From Zestosphaera tikiterensis (GTDB lineage: Archaea > Thermoproteota > Thermoprotei_A > Sulfolobales > NBVN01): DNA of 32,000 bases. A program made the position numbers and the translations under genes. Where the stretch lies: contig NBVN01000003.1 of NCBI GenBank assembly GCA_003056265.1, positions 120,001 to 152,000 on the forward strand, written 5' to 3'. This document shows positions 16,481-23,556 of the stretch, piece after piece. The first letter of the stretch is position 1, and every line of letters begins with the position of its first letter. Under the pieces are notes generated by a model. It did not search any database. It was not told the origin of the DNA and saw only the letters and a list, made by a program, of their open reading frames with translations.

Positions 16481-17812
16481 TTAACTTAGATTTCTCACGT
16501 AATTGGTGAACTCCTCGTTACTTGAGAAGAGCTTATACATATTGTATGAGTATATAGCATATACCCTACCGTTTACGCATCCACTCTGACTCCAGTAGCT
16601 AAAGTACTCTTGTAGTGCTATGGTAACATCTTTAGCGGTTAAAGCATAAGGCATATTAGTATAATATCTCCCTGCGGGATCTACTATCGCAAGCTTTCCG
16701 TTAGTTTCAGGTAAAGCTACTGTTGCATGACCTACTGTTTCGTTGTCTTTTTCAAAGACAACCAGCAAAACCCATACAATACGTTTCTTTCCGTTATAGT
16801 TTAATATCATGCTTGCTAAGAGGTTTGCCATATCTTCGCAATCACCAGTTAAATCTCTTGCTGTTTCGTTGGGAAATCTCCAAAATTCACGCCTCCACAT
16901 TAACGACGTATTCAATTCAGGCAATATCGGTTCTGGGGAATCGTATGAGTAGTATATGCTGTCTTTTACCCATAAATACATTTTTAGTATGTCATTCCAA
17001 AGCTCGTTTATATCTGCTTGATTGCTCCAACCGCCAGTAACGTTGATTACAAGCGATTTAATCGCTGGATCTTCTGGTGTTATAAACTTCATCCAGTCCT
17101 CATATTCTAGTGCTTGCCTTAAATTTACCTGGCTCTTGATGCTGTTATACCAAGATATGAAGCTCTCGTATTCGGTTTTAAGTGAGTTATACATATTTAC
17201 CAACGCTTCGTACTTGCTGACTAGCGAATCATAAAACTCTTTTAACATGTTGTAGTTTATGCTTAACTTATCGTAATCTTCTTGAAGTAATGAATATTTC
17301 TTGTTAAGGTCGTTGTACTTATTGTTGAGAGTGCTGTAATCACTAAGTAATGAGTTATACTGGTTTTGAAGTGCAACATAGTTGTTATTTAGTATGTTGT
17401 AGTTGTTAAGTAGCTCGTTGTATTGCGTGGTGATTTTTACGTAGTCGTTCTTAAGGGCCTCGTAATCGTTAAGTAACTGCTCGTATTGATTCTTTAACAT
17501 GTTATAATCGTTTTTAAGTACGCTATAGTTGTTGAGCAACCTACTATATCGAGCGGTAAGCTCGTTATAGCTGTCCTTAAGTTGGTCGTATTGGTTCTTT
17601 AACGTGTCGTAGTTACTTTTAAGTACGTTGTAGTTATTGAGCAACATACTATATTGATTAGTTAGCGAATCATACTTATTACTCAACGTTTGATAATCCT
17701 GTTTGAGAGATAAAAACTCACTATAGAAATACCCAAAAAGAGACGCAAAAACCATATTCAAAACAACTAACGTAACTACCACAACCTTCAACGAAGGCAA
17801 ATTACCTCCCAT
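16481..17812 (-). CDS. Membrane-anchored protein: N-terminal TM helix, 27-heptad Y-x-x-L coiled-coil stalk, C-terminal transglutaminase-like cysteine protease/transglutaminase core
   Basis: The TM helix is KVVVVTLVVLNMVFASLFGYFY. Tyr occurs at every seventh residue from Y40 to Y222. The Cys/His/Asp triad context is TGDCEDMANLL (C325), VGHATVAL (H362) and AIVDPAG (D378). Confidence 0.75.
   Translation of the reverse strand: MGGNLPSLKVVVVTLVVLNMVFASLFGYFYSEFLSLKQDYQTLSNKYDSLTNQYSMLLNNYNVLKSNYDTLKNQYDQLKDSYNELTARYSRLLNNYSVLKNDYNMLKNQYEQLLNDYEALKNDYVKITTQYNELLNNYNILNNNYVALQNQYNSLLSDYSTLNNKYNDLNKKYSLLQEDYDKLSINYNMLKEFYDSLVSKYEALVNMYNSLKTEYESFISWYNSIKSQVNLRQALEYEDWMKFITPEDPAIKSLVINVTGGWSNQADINELWNDILKMYLWVKDSIYYSYDSPEPILPELNTSLMWRREFWRFPNETARDLTGDCEDMANLLASMILNYNGKKRIVWVLLVVFEKDNETVGHATVALPETNGKLAIVDPAGRYYTNMPYALTAKDVTIALQEYFSYWSQSGCVNGRVYAIYSYNMYKLFSSNEEFTNYVRNLS
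17129..17722 (-). repeat. 21-nt (heptad) periodic coding repeat region
   Basis: It encodes 27 consecutive heptads with invariant Tyr and Leu/Ile/Phe at +3. The repeats are degenerate at the nucleotide level. Confidence 0.85.
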
Positions 17813-18371
17813 AATTTATCATAAAGAGTTACATAAAAAAGATTGCGTTGCTAAATAATAAATTGTTAGACAGATACTAGCTACTTCTTTAGTTAGTTTA
17901 AAAGACCTTTCTAATCTAACTCAGATACAAAGATCTTGATCATCACTCTTCTCTCCAAAGAATATAGGAATTGATGTCATATTACTGGTATTCTGGTATT
18001 ATAAAGAGAGTTCTCACGATTGCTTCGTACCTGCTACCTACCTATGATAAGCCCTTTTATTTCTCTTATTAGAGTTCAAGAAAAAGGTTAAAGAAATAGT
18101 AAAACCTGTTATAAAGGTAAGGAGCTAACGTTAGAAGAATACATTAAAAGAGTAGACGAGGAATGTAAAGGCATGAGAAAATTTAGAATAAGCACAAAAG
18201 AAAAATCTAAATACGAAGACAATTGAAACGCCCTATTAAAAACTTAGAAGTAGGTAACATAAACCAAATATTGTTGCCGTTGAAGCTTGCTCTTAATGGT
18301 AAGAGCGTAGATTGCTTATTAAACTGCTTAAACATGCTTATATCTTAACCTTTATAAGGTTTGCTTAGGGT

Positions 18372-19589
18372 TTATAAGTAAGGGTAGTGACCGTCTGGGT
18401 GGGAAGGGTAGAATTTCTCGTTCATTTCCTTTATCAGTTCTAGCAGTTCGTGTGAATTGTGAGCTAAAGGTATGCTATCGAGTAAATCTCGCCATTTCTT
18501 ACTTTGTTCGCATAACCCATTCCATTGCGAATACCCTTTGTCTAGTCCTCTAAGGGCATCAGATAAGCTAGGGTCTAGTCTTCTGAGGACGTTAGATAAG
18601 CTAGGTATGTCAACACCAACTTTCAATCCGTATTCCTGATATTTATTGGCGTAACCGCTTAACCAAGCTTTTTGGAACTTGTTAGGTTCAAACTCCTCAA
18701 GCGGAACTTTTCTTCCGTTACCTGTCTTTGGATTGTTGCGGAAATCTCTGTATGCTTCAAAGTGAGGCACGACATTATTTATGAACATATCGTATAGCGA
18801 ACTAAAGTCGTTTGACCAAGTTCTTGGGTGGAAAAGCGGATATTCCTTCGGTAGGGAGTAAGGATCTATGGGTACAACCGCTACGTTATGAAAGTCTATT
18901 GATGGGCCTAACCCTGCTACGACATATAACGCTACATTGTTAAAGTTCTCATCCCATAGGGGTTTAACAACCTTTAATAGGGTTTTAAAGCCTGTTAGTT
19001 GCTTTTCTAAAATCCTTGAGCTATCCCATTCACGTTTCCCAGTAGGATCCTTGAATGATAATTCAAAGATAATCCTTCCCCGCCCGCTATCACGTAGAGA
19101 TTTCTTAAGCTCTTCTCTAATAAGGCTAATTGCCTTCTCGTTATTATTTAAGGTCGAGAAGAAGATACCATTTGTTTGAATAACAGCTCTTGTGCTGGGA
19201 TATCTGTTCAGCCCAATTTCTTGTATTACCTGTAAAGCCTTACCGCAGGCTTTTAACGTAAGTAAAGTTCTATCCAAAGAAAGGCACGGCTCACCTCCCT
19301 GTATTCTTACCCAGTTAATTTTCCTTTGAACGTTAAGACTGTAGAGATTATCCAGAGCCTTCAATACGTGATCTAAACTATATGTGTAACCCTCTCTATT
19401 CGGAAACCACGCATATCTCCAAGCATAACATAAGGGACATCTAAGGTTGCATCCAGCATACCTTAAAACAAGGGCGTATCCTTCACCACCTCTTTTACCT
19501 TCCTTATTCAACTCAAAAGGTCTAATTTTCGAATCTATTGATGACTCAGTTGGTGATCTAGCAAAAAATTCGTATTGCTTCATAACCAT
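18372..19589 (-). CDS. Radical SAM enzyme (activase/QueE-like N-terminal core) with an uncharacterised C-terminal extension of about 200 aa
   Basis: The CX3CX2C motif is AGCNLRCPLCYAW (codons at 19428-19451), and the GGE SAM-binding motif is IQGGEPCLS. I do not recognise the second half. Confidence 0.75.
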   Translation of the reverse strand: MVMKQYEFFARSPTESSIDSKIRPFELNKEGKRGGEGYALVLRYAGCNLRCPLCYAWRYAWFPNREGYTYSLDHVLKALDNLYSLNVQRKINWVRIQGGEPCLSLDRTLLTLKACGKALQVIQEIGLNRYPSTRAVIQTNGIFFSTLNNNEKAISLIREELKKSLRDSGRGRIIFELSFKDPTGKREWDSSRILEKQLTGFKTLLKVVKPLWDENFNNVALYVVAGLGPSIDFHNVAVVPIDPYSLPKEYPLFHPRTWSNDFSSLYDMFINNVVPHFEAYRDFRNNPKTGNGRKVPLEEFEPNKFQKAWLSGYANKYQEYGLKVGVDIPSLSNVLRRLDPSLSDALRGLDKGYSQWNGLCEQSKKWRDLLDSIPLAHNSHELLELIKEMNEKFYPSHPDGHYPYL

Positions 19590-19787
19590 ACTCTATAACC
19601 TCATCAATATCCTCTCTGTAAATCTACTATGTTAAGTAACCTTATATAGTTTCAACTCAAACGTTGCTCACTATCTAAGCATTCAACGCAGACTTCTTAA
19701 CCCTTGCGTTTAAAGCTGTGGAAGGGAAGGTAAACGGTTTAAATGTTAAACACGTATATAATTATAGTGTTATGGTGGTTGCTTGTG

Positions 19788-20096
19788 ATGTTAGGAAAGA
19801 TACACATATTACTGAATAAGGAGATGATCCGCGATGGGAAGTATCAAGCAATCGTAGAGAGGCAAGCCAAGCTCTTAAGGGAACTCATAGAGATGAGTAA
19901 TATCAAATGTCCCTTCTGCGATTATAAAGCAGACATATCTCAATTCAAGCTCCTCAGAGATCCTTGGAGGTTTAGGTTCTACAGAGTTAGGATGCTTCAA
20001 TGCCCTAAATGTCATGGAGTATTCAACCATTATTACGGGCTGTCCTCAAAGGATAAGGAGGTTAAGTTCACAGTTAAAGTAAAGCCTGGGAAATGA
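19788..20096 (+). CDS. Small Zn-ribbon protein (CPFC...CPKC)
   Basis: The ORF track starts at 19743, but TATATAAT at 19755-19762 lies inside that extension, about 29 bp upstream of the in-frame ATG at 19788. A leaderless start at 19788 is therefore more likely. It has two CxxC pairs and is transcribed divergently from the radical SAM gene. Confidence 0.55.
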   Translation: MLGKIHILLNKEMIRDGKYQAIVERQAKLLRELIEMSNIKCPFCDYKADISQFKLLRDPWRFRFYRVRMLQCPKCHGVFNHYYGLSSKDKEVKFTVKVKPGK

Positions 20097-20102
20097 GCAG
20101 AG

Positions 20103-20276
20103 ATGGCTATGGTTGAAAAGCCTACAGAGAGAACTTACGCTACCGAATTGGTTGCGGTGATTAAAGAAAAGAAAGATTTAGGTTTTGACACGGAAGTTGA
20201 AGAGCGTTTGAGTTGCTTAGACTTTATAGTGCGGTTAACCATTACCCTGACTTTAGGGTTTGATAGGTCTTCATGA
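20103..20276 (+). pseudogene. 57-codon ORF, possibly a truncated PD-(D/E)xK-like nuclease N-terminal fragment
   Basis: It starts 7 nt after the Zn-ribbon stop. YATELVAVIKEKKDLGFDTEVEERLSCLDFIV resembles the E...D-hh core of restriction-endonuclease-fold proteins but ends prematurely. It is below the ORF-track cutoff. Confidence 0.3.
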
Positions 20277-20403
20277 TTTCCTCTAAAAGGTCTACAGCAT
20301 TTAACTCAAACGTCAAGATTATCTCATAAAAATTCTAAGAAAAGCAGAGAACCTCAACATTCGCCACATGCTTGAGGCTCCGCTTTTTAAGGTGGGGTAA
20401 ATG

Positions 20404-20410
20404 TTTATAA
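20404..20410 (+). promoter_or_regulatory. TATA box (TTTATAA) positioned for transcription of the structured RNA candidate
   Basis: It lies about 26-30 bp upstream of the first base-paired G run at 20432-20436. Confidence 0.4.
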
Positions 20411-20435
20411 GTTTGTGTTTAATTAAGTCATGGTT

Positions 20436-20588
20436 GGGTGTGGGCAACCGTAGCTTGGGATGAGACCCACATCTTCCCGGAGCTGACGGCGGGAGCTGAT
20501 AGGTGATGCGCTCCCGGTGAGGGGCTTCAGAAAGGTGATGGAAGCCCTAGGGGGAGAACCCCTGTTAAAAACAACAGGGGCCGTCAGC
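20436..20588 (+). ncRNA. Unclassified GC-rich structured RNA candidate (5' hairpin plus a 9-bp helix closing three hairpins)
   Basis: I folded these helices by hand: 20436-20444/20466-20474, 20482-20490/20580-20588, 20491-20496/20510-20515, 20521-20528/20541-20548 and 20559-20566/20573-20580. The G:U pairs form only on the + strand. No ORF of 60 aa or more is present, and GC is much higher than in the flanks. Confidence 0.45.
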
Positions 20589-20781
20589 ATCCAAGAACGG
20601 AATACCCTTAGAGAAAGCTTTCAACCCTATATATCATCTTATATTTGAACAAGCACTTAACAAACTGTTGGTTGAGGGTGTTGTAGTAAGTCCTAAGGAG
20701 AGGATTGATGGGGGAAGTATTCAGCGTTTCTTATCGTGCTTCAACCCAGTAAATAACCTACTGCTTAGTTGCTCTTATTAA
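20569..20781 (+). pseudogene. Start-less open frame (70 codons), likely the C-terminal remnant of a decayed gene
   Basis: The translation IPLEKAFNPIYHLIFEQALNKLLVEGVVVSPKERIDGGSIQRFL looks protein-like, but there is no ATG and its 5' end lies inside the RNA candidate. Confidence 0.25.
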
Positions 20782-21900
20782 CTACGAATAACTTCTTAAG
20801 TATTCTTGAATTATTGGTGAGAGACGTTTTTTAGCTTTTGATATTACTTCAAGTCCTAAAGTTAGTGTTTCTGCGTTGTCTAGAAGTATTTCATCGTTTA
20901 TTATTAGTGTTTCCACGCGTAGCTCTCCTTCAACGATAGCTTTAGTTAAGCTGTTTATTTCTGTAGGTAAGGGCCAGCCGGGCGGTTCTGAGGTATTAAA
21001 CATAAGTATGTTTGTTATGTAGTTGTTTTCTATAGGGCCTAAAGACTTAAATCCTAGGATGCTGGGGTTTCTGGCCGTCGCCGCGTAAATTACGTCTATT
21101 GGGTGTTTACCGGTTTTATACACGACCTCTCTAGAGACGTCTATCATGCTGTATGAAGGTCTAACGCCTATGCCTAACCCTTCGTTAGGTTTCCACATGC
21201 TTAACTGCGATCCCCACCTGATTACGTTATTTCCAGACCCGTTCGTAGGGTTTATATAAACTACGTTGGGTTCTGAAGGGTCTACGTAAGGCGCGTTTAA
21301 CACGAAGAGCTTCAAACCATATGCTTTAGCAGTCTCTAAAACTTCATCAGTGGGTTTTCCGCAAGTTGCTAAAGCTACCTTCACCTCATCAACTTTCTCA
21401 TGCCATCTGTTAATCAACATTTTAAACTCGTTCTCAGGCTCGAACTCCTCCAAACCGCAGTTTATAGGCGGGGCTAGAACAACGTTAAAGCCTGAGTCGT
21501 GTGCCGCCCTAGCTACCTCATCTAAGTATATATCTATAAATAACGCGTTCGTAATCCCTTTAGAGATCATTTCAATCATAGTCATAGCTGCTAAGAAATA
21601 CATATCAGTCCTGCTTAACTTCCTAAGGTAGTCTAGATTCTTACTTAAATCCGGGTCTTTAACGACGTACCTAAGCGGGTAAAGAGAAGCTATGGTGTAC
21701 GCGGAGCTAAACGCGGGTAGGACCAACCTATCCTTACCGCTAATCAATAGTTCGGGGTAGCTGAATTCCTCCGGAGGCTCTCCCTCACCCACTCCGTTAA
21801 CCCTTCCCTCACTTGAGAATATATACCCCTCCTTAATTAGGAGTTTCTCCTCGGTAGAGAACGTGAGTATTGAGGCGTTATTAATTAGGATTTTAACCAA
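20782..21900 (-). CDS. Amidohydrolase-superfamily-like protein lacking the canonical HxH metal motif
   Basis: The N-terminal beta-sandwich pattern (ILINNASILTF...GYIFSSEGRVNGVGEG...GKDRLVLPAF) is typical of cytosine/MTA deaminase-like amidohydrolases. Where HxH is expected the sequence is SSAYT. It has a TTG start and ends 6 bp from the nucleoside phosphorylase gene. Confidence 0.6.
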   Translation of the reverse strand: MVKILINNASILTFSTEEKLLIKEGYIFSSEGRVNGVGEGEPPEEFSYPELLISGKDRLVLPAFSSAYTIASLYPLRYVVKDPDLSKNLDYLRKLSRTDMYFLAAMTMIEMISKGITNALFIDIYLDEVARAAHDSGFNVVLAPPINCGLEEFEPENEFKMLINRWHEKVDEVKVALATCGKPTDEVLETAKAYGLKLFVLNAPYVDPSEPNVVYINPTNGSGNNVIRWGSQLSMWKPNEGLGIGVRPSYSMIDVSREVVYKTGKHPIDVIYAATARNPSILGFKSLGPIENNYITNILMFNTSEPPGWPLPTEINSLTKAIVEGELRVETLIINDEILLDNAETLTLGLEVISKAKKRLSPIIQEYLRSYS

Positions 21901-21906
21901 GGCTTT

Positions 21907-22761
21907 TCACAACCTCTTAGCTATTATAGCCGGCGTGAGGAACTTCCTACCCTCAATAGCTTTAACTTCATCCCATTCGCTAAGTATCTTCACGGCTTCG
22001 TTAGCTACCTTTATAGCTTCAGTAACTCCAGCCCCTGGAACGAACTCGTCGGTGATTCTATTAGCTATGGCAGCGCATACAGCGCCTCCCCTACCGCCGT
22101 AGATATTCGTTAAGGTGAATATTGTTGAGGCCTCCATCTCGAAGTTAAGTACGTTCACCTCGGAGAGTTTAAGATGTATGTCAGCCCACCTACTGGGTAA
22201 ATACCCTTTAAATCCAGGCCTCCCCTGACCTACGTAGAAGGAGTCGCTGCTTGCCGTTAAACCCACATGATACCTAACCCCTAACTCCTCAGCTGCCGCT
22301 ATCAACGCTAAAACTACTTCATAATTAGCTACGGCTGGGTAGGCCTCATCAACGTATATCTTCGTTACGCCATCATACCTCACAGCACCCGTTGATATCA
22401 CTAAATCACCTACTTTAATCTCCTTCTTTAAAGCCCCTGTAGTACCTACCCTAATGAACGTATCCGCCCCAACCCTAAAAAGCTCTTCAATAGCTATGGC
22501 TGCAGCCGGGCCGCCAATACCTGTTGACGTAGCAGCTATCGAAACACCTCGATACCTACCTACGTACGTAACGTACTCCCTATGTTTGCTTAACTCTTTA
22601 AACTCATCCCAAAAACTAGCTATTAATGGAACTCTATCGGGATCCCCCGGTAGTAGAACATACCTCGGCACCTCACCGGGTTTAACAGCTATATGGTATT
22701 GCCTTCCACCGACGTCCTCAGGTGTTGAGGCAGATCTAACCCTCTCAGACAAAGCATCCAC
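21907..22761 (-). CDS. Nucleoside phosphorylase, PNP/UDP family 1 (uridine/purine nucleoside phosphorylase-like)
   Basis: It has YVLLPGDPDRV, STGIGGPAAAIAIEEL, IRVGTTGAL and NFEMEAS motifs. The start is GTG. Confidence 0.82.
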   Translation of the reverse strand: MDALSERVRSASTPEDVGGRQYHIAVKPGEVPRYVLLPGDPDRVPLIASFWDEFKELSKHREYVTYVGRYRGVSIAATSTGIGGPAAAIAIEELFRVGADTFIRVGTTGALKKEIKVGDLVISTGAVRYDGVTKIYVDEAYPAVANYEVVLALIAAAEELGVRYHVGLTASSDSFYVGQGRPGFKGYLPSRWADIHLKLSEVNVLNFEMEASTIFTLTNIYGGRGGAVCAAIANRITDEFVPGAGVTEAIKVANEAVKILSEWDEVKAIEGRKFLTPAIIAKRL

Positions 22762-22850
22762 CTAAAATTGATTTCCACCGAGGTATTTTAAAACGCTGTC
22801 GTAAAAACGTATTTAAGCTCTCCATATACTATTTGTTTGGTGTGGCGTAG

Positions 22851-23324
22851 ATGGCTGTGAATATAGAGATACCCCCTGAGTGGAGGCGCTTTAGATATAG
22901 GGGGAAGACCTTAGAGGAATTGCTATCGATGCCTATGGATCAATTAATAAATCTTTTCCCCGCGAGGATTAGAAGATCCCTCATTAGAGAGTCTAAAACG
23001 CAGGTCTTACTTAGAAGGCAGGAATACGGAATTAAAGACTCACCCAGAATGAAACTCTTAAGTAAGGTTATGAAGGCCAGAGAGTTAATGAGTAAGGGTA
23101 AGAACGTAAGAATAAGAACTCACGTAAGAGACGCGATAATCTTGCCGGTGATGGTAGGCCTCACTATAGAAGTATATAACGGTAAGGAATATGTGCCGGT
23201 TAGAATAACGCCTGAAATGATAGGTCATTACCTAGGTGAGTACGCACCCACCACCAAGCAAGTAAAGCATGGAGAGCCAGGACTTAAGGCAACTAGATCT
23301 ACGTTATTCGTCGCGATGAAGTAA
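22851..23324 (+). CDS. rps19p: 30S ribosomal protein uS19 (S19P)
   Basis: It has [12 protein letters not shown]...[56 protein letters not shown], the uS19 core. Confidence 0.9.
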   Translation: MAVNIEIPPEWRRFRYRGKTLEELLSMPMDQLINLFPARIRRSLIRESKTQVLLRRQEYGIKDSPRMKLLSKVMKARELMSKGKNVRIRTHVRDAIILPVMVGLTIEVYNGKEYVPVRITPEMIGHYLGEYAPTTKQVKHGEPGLKATRSTLFVAMK

Positions 23325-23556
23325 ACTTCAACCTTCTTTACAAATAAAACCTTAACTGTCCGTGGTTGGTATTAAAGTCTTTAACTCCTATATCTGGTGC
23401 TTTTATCTTTAGTAAGGTGACGTGTTTAAACCCTTCAAGACATTTCAAGACTTAGTTATGACGGTGTCTTAAGAATTAGGGCATCGTTCCAATAAAGACG
23501 GATATGTGAGTAATGCCTGTATAACTTAGGGGCATCGCTTTAGAACTTTAAGGAGG

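Noticed and set aside
17129-17722. Strong 21-nt periodicity, checked as a possible CRISPR array or non-coding tandem repeat.
   Set aside because: It lies inside a long intact ORF, and the periodicity is at the amino-acid (heptad) level with degenerate nucleotides. There is no repeat-spacer structure. I saw no CRISPR array anywhere in the window.
20436-20588. Whether the structured RNA is a tRNA (possibly intron-containing or split), 5S rRNA, SRP RNA or an H/ACA or C/D sRNA.
   Set aside because: The four-way junction has arm lengths of 9/6/8/8 bp and no T-loop (the loop is AAAAAC) or anticodon-loop geometry. 5S has a three-way junction and conserved loops that are absent here. The RNA is too short for SRP RNA and lacks its helix-8 motifs. 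No ACA/ANA box follows the closing helix, and no properly spaced C (RUGAUGA) / D (CUGA) pair is present. It is kept only as an unclassified candidate.
15015-20786. A shared 9-mer TTAACTACG at 15015-15023 (just right of the tRNA) and at 20778-20786 (right edge of the island), considered as possible att direct repeats.
   Set aside because: It is too short to be significant. The same GTTAACTAC string recurs at 15094-15103 simply because it encodes V-V-N in the integrase fragment. The right-hand copy has no tRNA-derived sequence.
521-22765. Many 60-130-aa ORFs in the track: 521..817, 2167..2454, 2467..2763, 3138..3521, 3728..4069, 6781..6993, 7138..7398, 9504..9761, 10189..10386, 12371..12571, 14266..14565, 14629..14841, 15497..15697, 16723..17234, 18937..19179, 19447..19635, 21350..21631, 21863..22102, 22454..22765. 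Also 25151..25405, 25485..25766, 26553..26828, 27058..27243, 28140..28328, 30255..30458 and 31017..31220.
   Set aside because: Each is embedded antisense or out of frame within a longer ORF that has clear family motifs. Their compositions are Ser/Leu/Thr-rich and they have no motifs.
23476-23540. An imperfect direct repeat, TTAGGGCATCGTT (23476-23488) and TTAGGGGCATCGCTT (23526-23540), in the intergenic region after rps19.
   Set aside because: It is short, has two indels, and has no associated structure, promoter or C/D-box motifs. It could be chance or a minor regulatory element, and there is not enough evidence to call it.
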